A stretch of DNA of 64,000 bases from Fimbriimonas sp. (GTDB lineage Bacteria; Armatimonadota; Fimbriimonadia; Fimbriimonadales; Fimbriimonadaceae): contig JBGGMI010000238.1 in the NCBI GenBank assembly GCA_041288075.1, positions 959-64,958 of the forward strand. Reading direction: 5' to 3'. The translations under genes and the position numbers were made by a program. Shown here one piece after another: positions 1 through 10,106 of the stretch. The notes below the pieces were generated by a model. That model was not told where the DNA came from. It did no database searches and saw only the letters and a list, made by a program, of their open reading frames with translations. The first letter of the stretch is position 1. Every line of letters begins with the position of its first letter.

Positions 1-282
1 ATGGAAGCGCTGAGCTGCCTGGCCCATCGATCGTTCGACGTCGTTTTGATGGACGTTCACATGCCAGTCATGGATGGACTTGAAGCGACCCGTCAGATCC
101 GCCTCTCAGAGATCGGGACCGATAATCGGCAGCGCATCGTAGCGTTAACCGCGAAGGCTCTCACTCGGGATGTGGAGGAGTGCCTTGCAGCGGGCATGGA
201 CGACTACCTTTCGAAACCGTTAAGGCCGGGAGACTTGCATGACAAGATCGTGAAGGTCATGACTCCGGTTGCACCTGTCTAG
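1..282 (+). CDS. C-terminal receiver (REC) domain of a hybrid histidine kinase/response regulator; probably 5'-truncated by the window edge
   Basis: [19 protein letters not shown] (phospho-Asp), [13 protein letters not shown] motifs of CheY-like receiver domains. Confidence 0.85.
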   Translation: MEALSCLAHRSFDVVLMDVHMPVMDGLEATRQIRLSEIGTDNRQRIVALTAKALTRDVEECLAAGMDDYLSKPLRPGDLHDKIVKVMTPVAPV

Positions 283-320
283 CGGTTTGGCCTTGAGTCG
301 GCATTGCCAGCTCGCCTACA

Positions 321-2738
321 TCACGTTCCAGGCGTTAGTTCGTAGGCCGATCCCTTCTTTGTGGCGAACTTGATCGTGGTTCCGTAGGCTATTTGCTTGC
401 CGCTCTCTAAGACCCGCAGCGGGGTGGTGGACTGGATTTGGCAGGGGGTGCCGGCGTGGGAGCGGATTTGGCCTTGCGTAACCGCCCCGTTCTTCCATTC
501 CAGGTCGACTTCGAAACCGCCTCTCGCTCGCAAGCCCTTTACCGAGCCGTTTGCCCACTGTTGCGGGAGGGCCGGGAGGAGGTGGAGGTTGTTTTGGTGG
601 CTTTGGAGGAGCATTTCGGCGACTCCGGCGGTGAAGGCGAAGTTGCCGTCGATTTGGAACGGCGGGTGGGCGTCGAAGAGGTTCGCGTAGATGCCTCCAC
701 CCTGGCCGTAGCTGGTATCGGTCTGCTCGACGAGTTTGATGAGGTAGTTGACCATGCCGTAGGCTCGCTGGGGCTCTTGGAGCCGGGCCCAGAGGCATAG
801 GCGCCAGCCCATTCCCCACCCGGTGGCGGCGTCGCCTCGGAGATCAAGTGAGCGTTTGACGGCGGCGGCTAGGCGGGGGGTGGATTGGGGGGTGATGTTG
901 TTGCCGGGGTAGGCGGCGAAGAGGTGGGAGACGTGGCGGTGGTGGACGTCGGACTCCATGTAGTCGTCCGCCCATTCCTGGAGCTGGCCGCGCTTGCCAA
1001 TCTGGGGCGGGAGGAGCCTTGCCCTTGCGTCTTCGACTCTCGCGGCGAACTCTTTATCGATGCCGAGCTCTCGGGCGGAGGCGATGACGTTGTCGAAAAG
1101 CTCACGGATGATCTCGAGGTCCATGGTTGCGCCGATCGCGGTGCTGTGATGGGCGTTGTCGGGACCGATGAAGGAGATTTCGGGCGAGACGGAGGGGGCG
1201 GTGAGCAGGTAGGGGCGGCCGAGGTGGTCCTTCGGGGCGTCCTTGCGTTGGTCGGGGATGAGCCAGTCGAGGCAGAATTCGGCGGCACCTTTCAGCGTCG
1301 TGTAGGCGGTGCGGAGGAACTCGCGGTCTCGGGAGAATTGGTAGTGCTCGTACAGGTGGGTCGAGAGCCAGGCGCCGCCCATGGTCCAGTTCGCCCAAAC
1401 CGGGTCGCCACTTCCCTCCCCTACGGGCGTCGAGTGGCCCCAGATGTCGGCATTATGATGCGCGACCCAGCCGTTCGCGCCGTAGTTGATCTTTGCGGTT
1501 GCCTTGCCGGCATCGGCCAGCCTTGTCGTTAGATCGAGCAGGGGGCCGTGGCATTCCGCGAGGTTCGCGGTTTCGGCGGGCCAGTAGTTCATTTCGGCGT
1601 TGATGTTCAGCGTGTAGTTGCTGCTCCAGGGTGGGCGGACTTCGTCGTTCCAGATTCCCTGCAAATTCGCGGCTTGCGTGCCAGGGCGGGAGCTGGCGAT
1701 CATCAAGTAGCGGCCGAATTGGAAGAGGAGTGCAGCGAGGGAGGGGTCGCCGTCTTTGGCGAATGACTTGATCCGGTCGACTGTGGGCTTGTCAATTGGT
1801 GTCGGACCGAGGTCGAGCGAGACTCTTCTGAAGAGGCTCTGGTGGTCTTTTACGTGATCTGTCTTGAGTTTATCGAATGGCGATTGCGTCCTTTTCAGCG
1901 CGGCGAGGCAGTCGGCGGCGACCTTCTGCTCGTCGCGCCCAGGGGTCTTGGTCGACCCTTGAAAGCTCGTTCCTGCTGTCAACACCAGCAGGACCTCGTC
2001 GGCGTTTTGAACGACGATGGTGTTGCCAGCTGCCTTCACAGTTCCGCCGGTAGCACGGACATCCAGGACGGAGGCAAACCTGATGCCTTCGCCGTTTGGT
2101 CCCTCGCTGTAGTGCACCGCGTCGTTGCCGCCGAGGTAGCTGGGGCGGACGTCTTTGGGGGCACGGCCGGTCATGACGAGACGGTTGTCGATTGCCTTTG
2201 TGACGGATCGAAGGCGGCTGTCGAGTTTGGCGGTGAAGGAGATGCTTCCCTTGCGGTCGGCGGAGAGGCGGACGAAAACTGCCTGGGCGGGATGGCTTAT
2301 GAATGCTTCGCGTTTGAACCGCACGCCAGCGGAGCTGTAAGAGACGGATGAGATGGCCGTGTCGAGGTCCAGGGTGCGGAGGTAGTCGGTGAAGGAGGCT
2401 TTTTCGAACTCGAGGCGCAGGTCGCCGAGGGGCATGTAGGACTCGGTGTAAGGGCCCTGCATCTTCTGGGCTAGGGCGTCGGCGTCCTTGAAGCGGCCTT
2501 CGAAGAGCGCCTTGCGGATTTCGGGGAGGACCGTCAGTGCCTGTGGGTTGTTTCCGGCGGAGGGCTCTCCCGACCAGAGGGTGTCTTCGTTGAGCTGTAG
2601 CCGCTCATGTTCGACGCCGCCGAAGTGCATCGCGCCCAGGCGTCCGTTTCCGAGGGGCAGGGCTTCGGTCCATTGGACGGCTGGCTTTTCGTATCGAAGC
2701 GTTAGGTCGGGCGCGGATGTCAGAAGAGGGAGGAGCAC
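321..2738 (-). CDS. GH95 family alpha-L-fucosidase
   Basis: 805 aa; [34 protein letters not shown]...[42 protein letters not shown] motifs. Confidence 0.92.
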   Translation of the reverse strand: MLLPLLTSAPDLTLRYEKPAVQWTEALPLGNGRLGAMHFGGVEHERLQLNEDTLWSGEPSAGNNPQALTVLPEIRKALFEGRFKDADALAQKMQGPYTESYMPLGDLRLEFEKASFTDYLRTLDLDTAISSVSYSSAGVRFKREAFISHPAQAVFVRLSADRKGSISFTAKLDSRLRSVTKAIDNRLVMTGRAPKDVRPSYLGGNDAVHYSEGPNGEGIRFASVLDVRATGGTVKAAGNTIVVQNADEVLLVLTAGTSFQGSTKTPGRDEQKVAADCLAALKRTQSPFDKLKTDHVKDHQSLFRRVSLDLGPTPIDKPTVDRIKSFAKDGDPSLAALLFQFGRYLMIASSRPGTQAANLQGIWNDEVRPPWSSNYTLNINAEMNYWPAETANLAECHGPLLDLTTRLADAGKATAKINYGANGWVAHHNADIWGHSTPVGEGSGDPVWANWTMGGAWLSTHLYEHYQFSRDREFLRTAYTTLKGAAEFCLDWLIPDQRKDAPKDHLGRPYLLTAPSVSPEISFIGPDNAHHSTAIGATMDLEIIRELFDNVIASARELGIDKEFAARVEDARARLLPPQIGKRGQLQEWADDYMESDVHHRHVSHLFAAYPGNNITPQSTPRLAAAVKRSLDLRGDAATGWGMGWRLCLWARLQEPQRAYGMVNYLIKLVEQTDTSYGQGGGIYANLFDAHPPFQIDGNFAFTAGVAEMLLQSHQNNLHLLPALPQQWANGSVKGLRARGGFEVDLEWKNGAVTQGQIRSHAGTPCQIQSTTPLRVLESGKQIAYGTTIKFATKKGSAYELTPGT

Positions 2739-2805
2739 TGAGGGGGATTATGGCGGAGGATGGGAGGATAGGGCCGGAAGACGCGAAGCGGCGGATGCGG
2801 TTGGC

Positions 2806-3804
2806 TTAGCTCTTCAGCACTTGAACGACGATTCTGATCCTTCGGAGGCGGTGCCTGATCCAACCTACGGCTGCGCCAAGGAGATTTGCGCCGGCAAGGA
2901 GAACGAGCCAGATTCCTCCGATGGGCCCTGCCTCATCGAAATTGGCCCTTAGGTTCGTTAGGTAGGGGGCGTTTTGGGCAGTCAGGAGCGCCCGGCGGCC
3001 GACGCGCGCGTGATGACCCATTTCAGAGAGGCTGCGAGCAAGCACGATGCCCTGGTGCCTCCAGTTGTCGAGAGCATCGGCAACTTTGAAAGGCCGATAA
3101 GTGATTCGGATGGGCCGTTGGCTGAAGCCGACCGGTGCCAGCATCTTGTCCCCTTGGGTTAATCCGCTCGCCCTGGCGCTGGTAAACGGGTCCTCGGAGT
3201 TTAGAAGAAGCTTTCTTCGTTCTGCGAGTTCCTTGCCAATCGCTTCGGCAGGAATGTTCTGAGCGTATGCGTCCAAGGTCTTCTGCACTTCCCATCTCGG
3301 AACGAAACCAGAGCCGAAATAATAATCGAGGCTGTAGCAATACGCCCCGCACCAAAGCCAAAAAGCGAGGAAGAATCCTGCGGCGACGGCACCCATCTTG
3401 AGCGGAATAGCCCGGCGCGCTCGGAAGCTGATTGCCGTGAGGCCAATGAGCAACGGGAATGGCAGTAGGAACAGGGTGGGATTGTAGTTTGCTATCGCGA
3501 GGAACGGGGTGACGAACGCTACGATCGAGGCAAGGACTGCCGCTCGCACCATGCTTCTATCAAGGGCTTTCCGGCTGGGGCGGTGGGCGTCGATGGTTTC
3601 TTGTACGAACGACTTCCAATCACCGAATGAAGCGATTGCCTCCTCTTCTGCTGCGGCGGCGGGAATGCCTAGCTCTATCAAGGCTTCCATGCGTTCGCGC
3701 AAATGCGCTTCGGTCTCCAGAAGGATGGCGTCTACTTGCCGCGTGGGCATCTCCTGCTTCAGACCCTCTCGGACGTCCTTCAGATAAGCGTGCAGGTTAG
3801 CCAT
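2806..3804 (-). CDS. Membrane protein with N-terminal permease-prefix/HAAS-like domain, partner of PadR
   Basis: Start re-placed at ATG 3804, overlapping the padR stop (ATGGCTAA); E-x-x-x-HL...AEEEAIASFG motif followed by several hydrophobic helices. Confidence 0.7.
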   Translation of the reverse strand: MANLHAYLKDVREGLKQEMPTRQVDAILLETEAHLRERMEALIELGIPAAAAEEEAIASFGDWKSFVQETIDAHRPSRKALDRSMVRAAVLASIVAFVTPFLAIANYNPTLFLLPFPLLIGLTAISFRARRAIPLKMGAVAAGFFLAFWLWCGAYCYSLDYYFGSGFVPRWEVQKTLDAYAQNIPAEAIGKELAERRKLLLNSEDPFTSARASGLTQGDKMLAPVGFSQRPIRITYRPFKVADALDNWRHQGIVLARSLSEMGHHARVGRRALLTAQNAPYLTNLRANFDEAGPIGGIWLVLLAGANLLGAAVGWIRHRLRRIRIVVQVLKS

Positions 3805-4132
3805 GGGATGCCTCGGGCTTGGGAGAGGTGAGTAGCTGGGCCACTCCACGAGCGAATTCCTCCCACTTCTCCCTTTTCTCACTCAACTCGCCTTGGCCCG
3901 TGTCCGTCAGGCTGTACACCTTACGAGCGGGCTTGCCCTCGTTGGGTATCCAGGTGGCCGTCACGAATCCGTCGCGCTCCAGGCGGTGCAGTGCTGGGTA
4001 CAGGCGGCCCTCACCGACTGAGAAGATCTCGGGGGCCGCTTCCTTGATCCGTTTCGCGATCTCGTAGCCATGCAGCGATTCACGCTGAAGGGTGCCGAGA
4101 ATAAGTGCTTCCAAATCTCCTTTGAATGCCAT
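3797..4132 (-). CDS. PadR family transcriptional regulator
   Basis: LHGYEIAKRI, EGRLYPALHRLERDG, RKVYSLTDTG motifs; 111 aa. Confidence 0.92.
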   Translation of the reverse strand: MAFKGDLEALILGTLQRESLHGYEIAKRIKEAAPEIFSVGEGRLYPALHRLERDGFVTATWIPNEGKPARKVYSLTDTGQGELSEKREKWEEFARGVAQLLTSPKPEASHG

Positions 4133-4141
4133 CTGCCCTGA

Positions 4142-4166
4142 GTATACATCCAGATTGGATGTATAC
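4142..4166. promoter_or_regulatory. Perfect 11-bp inverted repeat; candidate PadR operator overlapping the -10 box of padR
   Basis: GTATACATCCA-gat-TGGATGTATAC; TATACT (minus strand, 4146-4141) lies 8 nt before the padR ATG. Confidence 0.65.
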
Positions 4167-4173
4167 CAAGCAG

Positions 4174-4713
4174 CTAGGCCAGCAGATCGACGATCAGCTT
4201 GGGCAGCAGACCTGCGACGGCGATGCCGTAGATGAGGTCCAGCCAGAACATAGAGCCGACAGCTCCCGCATAGATGAGGCCGACGAGGGGGACTGCCCAG
4301 AGCTTAGTGTGAAACGGTGTTCCTTCGGATTTGACGGTTTGCCAGATGGAAGCTGCGTCTCCAGTGCTGGGGAACGAGTGCATCGCGATGGAAACACCCA
4401 GCCACATGATAAGCCAGTCCAAGGCGTCTCCAGAACCGAATTGGAGCACTGGGATTGCCCCGGGCATTGCGATGAGCGCACCGAGAATGGTGTTCACGAA
4501 GAACGGGCCAATACCGATCAGGACGTCGTGCCAGGGCTTCTGGGAGGGCTCGTGGATGACGTACCCGGCCGGCTGGCCGAATCCAGTAGCAAATCGGAAG
4601 TAGCAGACGGCGTAGATGTTGACGCCGAAGAGCCGGCAGAAGAGAGCGTGCGCCAGCTCGTGAACAATGACGCCGGGAAAGGTAAACCAGGTGATGATGA
4701 ACCCAGGAATCAT
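4174..4713 (-). CDS. Membrane zincin-like metalloprotease (DUF3267-like)
   Basis: HELAH (HExxH) motif in hydrophobic context, GPFF and SFPSTGD motifs, several TM segments. Confidence 0.7.
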   Translation of the reverse strand: MIPGFIITWFTFPGVIVHELAHALFCRLFGVNIYAVCYFRFATGFGQPAGYVIHEPSQKPWHDVLIGIGPFFVNTILGALIAMPGAIPVLQFGSGDALDWLIMWLGVSIAMHSFPSTGDAASIWQTVKSEGTPFHTKLWAVPLVGLIYAGAVGSMFWLDLIYGIAVAGLLPKLIVDLLA

Positions 4714-5165
4714 GGCTTCTCCTCAAACTGCTTGAGCTGTGGCTCGAGCTCGGCGGCGATGGCGTCGAGTTTGGCGGATTCTTCGCCGCTGACTTCCTTG
4801 CCCTCGAACCACATCAGACCCGTGATGGCTCGCTGGACGTCGTGCGACCGAACATAAGCGGTGGTTAGCTCCATCCTCACGTCCTTTGCGTTCGGATATT
4901 CGTTAACGATGGGTTCGAGGAGGGTGACTGCTTTCTTCGGGTCTCCCTTCTCGATGAGGTCTTTCGCGTGTTTTCGGCCAATGGCGAGAGAGAGCTCGTG
5001 CGGGACCCTCGTGAGGGCGAAGATGAATGCCGCGAGCGTGACGGCAGCGAAAAGCTTGATAATTGGGGGAAAGGGGATGCCCGCCAGTGGTTCGGGAGGA
5101 GTCTGAACTTCCTCTTCCTCTATGGCCGACTGAATCGGCGGCGGTCCGTCAATTGGCTCGCTCAT
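4710..5165 (-). CDS. Single-pass membrane protein with a TPR-like segment
   Basis: Start placed at ATG 5165 (MSEPIDG); TM helix then a helical repeat (KAVTLLEPIVNEYPNAKDVRMELTTAY); 4-nt overlap with the downstream gene. Confidence 0.55.
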   Translation of the reverse strand: MSEPIDGPPPIQSAIEEEEVQTPPEPLAGIPFPPIIKLFAAVTLAAFIFALTRVPHELSLAIGRKHAKDLIEKGDPKKAVTLLEPIVNEYPNAKDVRMELTTAYVRSHDVQRAITGLMWFEGKEVSGEESAKLDAIAAELEPQLKQFEEKP

Positions 5166-5234
5166 GTTTCTGTTGCTAAGTTGAGACGGCATAGAGCCGG
5201 TCATTGCTTCACGGGCGTATTCATCTATCATCAA

Positions 5235-6449
5235 ATGGTGCGTATTTCTCGTTGGTTTCTTTTAGGGCTTGCGCTGATTGCTTCTGCCTGCGGTGGGGGC
5301 GGCGGGGATAACGGTCCGGGACCGCAGCCGGGCCGATCGAAGTGGACGGTGCTGGTGTTTATGAATGCGGCGAACGACCTGTCGCAGTTTGCGCCGCTGA
5401 ACATGAATCAACTCGAGCGGGTGGCGGGCAATCCAGAGGTTCGATTCGTCGTGCAGTGGAAGCAGTCCACGGACCTGGCGTTCCCTACCAAGTTCAACGG
5501 CACGCGAAGATATCTCGTGAAGCCGGATTCCTCGAACGACATCAACAGCACGGTGGTGCAGGAGATGGGCACTCACGTGGACATGGGCCAGGTGGCGACG
5601 CTTCGGGAGTTTGTGACGTGGGCGAGGGCGGAATACCCTTCGGATCGGCTTGCTTTGATCGTGTGGAACCATGGAAATGGCTGGCAGCGGGGACCGGCGA
5701 GCGATGAGATCACACGGGGCGTGAGCTATGACGACCAAACGGGTAATTCCATCCAGACTTGGGAATTGGCTCAAGCAACCGCAGGGTTGGGCATTGATCT
5801 GCTGGCGTTCGACTCCAGCTTGATGCAAATGGTCGAGGTCGCGTACGAGATGCGGGCCAACGTTCCGTTCATCGTCGGCAGTGAGGAGAGCCCTCCTGGA
5901 GAGGGTTATCCGTACGATTTGGTTTTTGCCCCCTGGCGTGACAATCCCACGGCTTCGACCGAGACTTTGAGTAAGTCGTTTGTGGACGGGATGGTCAACA
6001 ATCCCCCATACGTGAACCGGAAGATCACGCAGAGCGTTTTGCGGTCCTCGAAGCTTGGCGATGTTGCTACGGCGGCGTCCGGGCTGGCGACCACATTAAT
6101 CGCTCATCCGGAGTTGTCGGATGAGATTCGTGATGCACGTGTAGCGGCTCAGCCATATAGCTCGACGCCGGACGTGACGACCCGACAGTATTACGACATG
6201 ATGGGGTTCGCAGAGGAGTTGTCGGCTCGAGTGGCGGTCCAGGATGTCAAGGATGCTTGCGCGGCTTTAAAAGCGGCTTTGGGTGCCGCGATTTTGTGGA
6301 ACGGGCACAATGCTCAGTCTGCGCAGAGCAGGGGTCTGGCGGTTGATCTTTCCAAGGCTTCTCAGTTCGCGACGAAGACAGTGAACTACCAGCGCATGCA
6401 GTGGGCAGCGGATACGACCTGGGACGAGTGGCTGACGGTCGCGCCCTAA
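5235..6449 (+). CDS. Clostripain (peptidase C11) family lipoprotein, catalytic Cys replaced by Ser
   Basis: Lipobox LIASA-C; KWTVLVFMNAANDL, WNHGNGW, FDSSLMQMVEVAYE, GSEESPPGEGYPY motifs; start re-placed at ATG 5235. Confidence 0.82.
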   Translation: MVRISRWFLLGLALIASACGGGGGDNGPGPQPGRSKWTVLVFMNAANDLSQFAPLNMNQLERVAGNPEVRFVVQWKQSTDLAFPTKFNGTRRYLVKPDSSNDINSTVVQEMGTHVDMGQVATLREFVTWARAEYPSDRLALIVWNHGNGWQRGPASDEITRGVSYDDQTGNSIQTWELAQATAGLGIDLLAFDSSLMQMVEVAYEMRANVPFIVGSEESPPGEGYPYDLVFAPWRDNPTASTETLSKSFVDGMVNNPPYVNRKITQSVLRSSKLGDVATAASGLATTLIAHPELSDEIRDARVAAQPYSSTPDVTTRQYYDMMGFAEELSARVAVQDVKDACAALKAALGAAILWNGHNAQSAQSRGLAVDLSKASQFATKTVNYQRMQWAADTTWDEWLTVAP

Positions 6450-7171
6450 GCCGGCTCGATGGCGTATATGCGGACGTCGACGCCCGGGCTGTACAGGACG
6501 TGCTCAATGGGACGTGGCTCGATGCCGGCGGCCGCTACGAGGCTGTCGTCGACTTTGCTGACCGTCGCTGCCTGTAAGGGATAGGGTGGGTGGTGGACTC
6601 GGCCCTTCAGCAGGAATCCGGCTCGGTCGGCATAGAGCAGGTAGCGCTCGATGAGGAAGAAGTCGAGCGAGCCTGGAAGGGCGGACTTGAGCTCTTCGCC
6701 GAGTTGTACTTCGATGAGACTCTCGTGGTTTCCCTGCCGACGTTTGCAGGTGTAGCGTCGAGTTTCCGGTTCTTCAGTTAAGGCCATGGACGCCTCGTGG
6801 TAGGGCAATCGCCAGAGGGTGCGAGCGACGCGGCAGGCTAGCGGGTTGTCGGCGTCAAGGCTGAAGAACCAAACCCCAGGCTCCTTTCCGTCCTTGTGCA
6901 CGTAGGTTCGAACGTTCGTTTCGGGGAATGCCGTATTGCCAGGCACGCCGGGGAGGAAGCGGGGGCGAATGCCTTCCATGCGGAACGGGACGAGCCCCAC
7001 CCAGGCTTTTCCGTCGAAGGTGTCGACATCGAGGCCCTTCGGGAGCAGCCGCTGCACCTCTTGTGGGTCGCAGCTAAAGTGGAGGAACAGGAGCGATCGC
7101 CAGCGCTGGTACATGACCAGACGTCCGCTGGGAATCCTGCGGAGGCTCTCGTATTCCTCGATGGCAAGCAT
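6446..7171 (-). CDS. YqjF/DUF2071 family protein
   Basis: MYQRWRSLLFLH, DTFDGKAWVGLVPF, FPETNVRTYV, GVWFFSLDA, FFLIERY, VHHPPYPL motifs. Confidence 0.88.
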   Translation of the reverse strand: MLAIEEYESLRRIPSGRLVMYQRWRSLLFLHFSCDPQEVQRLLPKGLDVDTFDGKAWVGLVPFRMEGIRPRFLPGVPGNTAFPETNVRTYVHKDGKEPGVWFFSLDADNPLACRVARTLWRLPYHEASMALTEEPETRRYTCKRRQGNHESLIEVQLGEELKSALPGSLDFFLIERYLLYADRAGFLLKGRVHHPPYPLQAATVSKVDDSLVAAAGIEPRPIEHVLYSPGVDVRIYAIEPA

Positions 7172-7333
7172 GCTTCACTTTAGTCGATGGAGGCCGTGGT
7201 GGCTGTTTCGGCCTGTCGTTCCGCAGCACCGTTCCGGCTTCACAGATCACGCTCACTCATCGCTGGTAATGACATGATCGGGGGCCATCTCTGCCTTCGG
7301 AACTGTCAGGCGGTAGCCTCATGGGACCGCTTT

Positions 7334-7897
7334 ATGATTGAGATCGTGCCCTACAAGTCAACATGGTCCGGAGAATTCGCATTTCTCGGCAGAAGAATCA
7401 GAAACGCCGTCGGGGAGTTGGGCAGCGAAATCCATCACATCGGCTCGACGAGCGTGCCGGGACTACCTGCAAAGGACGTGGTCGATATTCAATTAACGGT
7501 GTCGGATCTCTATGCGCCCATCCAGGCTCCATTGGAACAGGCGGGATTCAAGCGGTCAACCAAGCTCCTCGTGGACCATTGCCCTCCGGGGCTGACTCTG
7601 AATCAAAACGAGCTGGCAAAACAGGTGTACGGCTTTGAGGGTCGTAGGGTGCATCTGCACGTCCGGAAGGCAGGCCAATTCAATCAGCGCTACGCACTCC
7701 TTTGCCGTGATTTTCTGCGCTCCCATCCCCTCGCTGCGGCCGCCTATGGCGAGATCAAGCAACAGTTGGCTCGCTACTTTCCAGACGATGTGGAGGCGTA
7801 CTACGATGTCAAAGACCCCGTCTTCGACGTTCTGATGGCCGGAGCGGAAGAGTGGGCGCTTCGTGTGGAATGGAAGTCGCCGCCATCGGATGCCTGA
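7334..7897 (+). CDS. GrpB family (nucleotidyltransferase-like) protein
   Basis: IHHIGSTSVPGLPAKDVVDI, HLHVR, RDFLRSHP...AAYGEIK, Y...K motifs; start re-placed at ATG 7334. Confidence 0.85.
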   Translation: MIEIVPYKSTWSGEFAFLGRRIRNAVGELGSEIHHIGSTSVPGLPAKDVVDIQLTVSDLYAPIQAPLEQAGFKRSTKLLVDHCPPGLTLNQNELAKQVYGFEGRRVHLHVRKAGQFNQRYALLCRDFLRSHPLAAAAYGEIKQQLARYFPDDVEAYYDVKDPVFDVLMAGAEEWALRVEWKSPPSDA

Positions 7898-7930
7898 TCG
7901 CAGAGTTCGGGCCAGAGGTAGCCTCAAGGC

Positions 7931-9853
7931 ATGTCCTTCCGCAGGCGTATGAGCAGCGTTCCGCTTTCACAAATCACCCTCACCGACCCCTTCTGGTCAG
8001 GCTGGCAGAAGACTGTTATCGAGACGACGTTGCCGCAGCAGTTTGAGCAGCTTGTGGCTACGAACCGGATTGCGAACTTTGAGCTGGCGGCGGGGCGGAA
8101 GGAGGGGGCTTTTGAGGGGTTGCGGTTTAACGACAGCGACGTTTACAAGTTCCTCGAGGCGTGCGCGTATTCGCTGGCGGTTGCGGAGAGGCGGCCCGAG
8201 CTCAAGGCGGCGGCGGATAGGGTGCGCGGGATTGTCGATACGTGCATCGATGTGATCGGCGCGGCGCAGATGCCGGATGGGTACATCAACACGTATTTCC
8301 AGCTCGGGCATCCGTCGAAGCGCTGGCTGAACTTGAACGCGATGCACGAGATGTATAGCGGCGGGCACTTGATCGAGGCGGGGGTGGCGCTTTTCGAGTG
8401 CACGGGGGATCGGCCGTTGCTAGATATCGGGATCCGATTTGCGGACCACGTGATGAGCGTGTTTGGGCCGGATACGCGGCGCGGGTATTGCGGGCATCAG
8501 GAGATCGAATTGGCCCTGGTTCGGTTGGCTGCGGCGACGGGCGAGGCAAAGTATGCGGATTTTGCCAACTGGATGGTCGAGGAGCGGGGGCACGCGCCCA
8601 GCGTCTTTGAAGCGGAGCTAGGCGATCCCGAGTCCGTCGCTCTCGCTCCCGAGGCGGCTCGACTGCTGATTGGGACCGGCGAGTATTGTGGCGACTACTG
8701 CCAGGATCACGCGCCGATTCGGGAGCATACGGAGGTGGTGGGTCATGCGGTTCGGGCGATGTATTACTACATCGCGGCGGCCGATCTTGCCGCTGATAAG
8801 GGAGATTCGGCGCTTGAGGAGGCGCTGGAGCGGGTTTGGTCCAATCTAATCAATCGGCGGATGTATGTGACGGCGGGCATTGGGCCGAGCGCGAGTAACG
8901 AAGGCTTTACGGGCGATTTTGATTTGCCGAATTTGACGGCCTACGCGGAGACGTGCGCCTCGATCGGGCTTGTGTTTTGGGGGCACAAGATGCTGGAGCT
9001 CACCGGGAATTCGGACTATGCGGATGTGCTGGAGCGTGCGCTCTATAACGGTGCTCTGAGCGGGATCTCGTTGAGTGGGGATCGGTATTTCTACACGAAT
9101 CCGCTGGAGAGCCGCGGTTCTCACCAGCGCGTGCCCTGGTTCCTTTGCGCGTGCTGCCCACCGAATATTGCGCGGCTGATCGGGAACTTGGCTCACTATG
9201 CGGTCGGGGCTTCTTCGGACACGCTTTATTTGCACGTGCCGGTTGGGTTTGAGGCGGATGTCGAGCTCGGCGGCGGCCCTGTACATTTATCGTGCAAGTC
9301 CAACTATCCTTGGTCGGGTGAGATGGAGGTGATCATTTCGCCTGATCATCCTCGGGATTTTGCGGTGGCGGTTCGGATTCCAGGCTGGGCGGACGATGTC
9401 TCTTTTGATATCGAGAATGCCGTGGAGGAGGCGGAGTATCAGAACGGCTATGCGGTTTTTAGGCGGACGTGGCAGGCCGGGGACAAGCTGAAGATCGAGT
9501 TCGAGATGGAGCCGAAGTGGATCGAAGCCGATCCTCGGGTTCGGGACAATCTTGGACGCGCGGCCTTGATGCGTGGGCCGCTGGTTTACTGTGCAGAGCA
9601 GCATGACGTGACTTATACGCCGCAATTGTTTATGGCCGATACGGAGGCTCCGGTGGAGCTTGGGCAGAATGCCTCGCTTGGGGTGACGACGATGGTTGTC
9701 GAGGGGGCTTGCGAGGTTGAGCTGTTTCCGGAAGGGCTGTATGCGGAGGTTGGGGCTACGGATGTGGCGGGGTCGACGGCGACTTACATCCCGTTCTATG
9801 CCTGGAACAACCGGGGCGCGACGAACATGCAGGTTTGGACGCGAAAGCTCTGA
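7931..9853 (+). CDS. GH127 family beta-L-arabinofuranosidase-like glycoside hydrolase
   Basis: FNDSDVYKFLEA, HEMYSGGHLIEA, GHQEIELAL, GHAVRAMY, AYAETCASIG, CACCPPNIAR, IPFYAWNNRG motifs. Confidence 0.92.
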   Translation: MSFRRRMSSVPLSQITLTDPFWSGWQKTVIETTLPQQFEQLVATNRIANFELAAGRKEGAFEGLRFNDSDVYKFLEACAYSLAVAERRPELKAAADRVRGIVDTCIDVIGAAQMPDGYINTYFQLGHPSKRWLNLNAMHEMYSGGHLIEAGVALFECTGDRPLLDIGIRFADHVMSVFGPDTRRGYCGHQEIELALVRLAAATGEAKYADFANWMVEERGHAPSVFEAELGDPESVALAPEAARLLIGTGEYCGDYCQDHAPIREHTEVVGHAVRAMYYYIAAADLAADKGDSALEEALERVWSNLINRRMYVTAGIGPSASNEGFTGDFDLPNLTAYAETCASIGLVFWGHKMLELTGNSDYADVLERALYNGALSGISLSGDRYFYTNPLESRGSHQRVPWFLCACCPPNIARLIGNLAHYAVGASSDTLYLHVPVGFEADVELGGGPVHLSCKSNYPWSGEMEVIISPDHPRDFAVAVRIPGWADDVSFDIENAVEEAEYQNGYAVFRRTWQAGDKLKIEFEMEPKWIEADPRVRDNLGRAALMRGPLVYCAEQHDVTYTPQLFMADTEAPVELGQNASLGVTTMVVEGACEVELFPEGLYAEVGATDVAGSTATYIPFYAWNNRGATNMQVWTRKL

Positions 9854-9935
9854 AGGGCGAGTAAGGACGGTTTCTCCGGTCCGAGTTTTCTCCGCCTTGA
9901 CTCCTTTCTGTAGGCTTCGGTTAGACAATCAACAT

Positions 9936-10106
9936 ATGGCTAATCGAGAGCATAAGATTTTGTTTCGTTGGGACGCGGTGGTTTGGGGAGCGCTGGGGCT
10001 GATCGTGATTCTCTGGGCGGTTCCCGTTTGTTGCGGGTTGAATTCCGGTTTGAACGGAGTTGCCTCGCGCGGTCTGAACGTTCTGTTTCAGGCGATCCCT
10101 CGATAG
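9936..10106 (+). CDS. Putative small (56 aa) membrane protein
   Basis: ATG at 9936; single hydrophobic stretch AVVWGALGLIVILWAVPVCC; fills an otherwise empty gap. Confidence 0.45.
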   Translation: MANREHKILFRWDAVVWGALGLIVILWAVPVCCGLNSGLNGVASRGLNVLFQAIPR

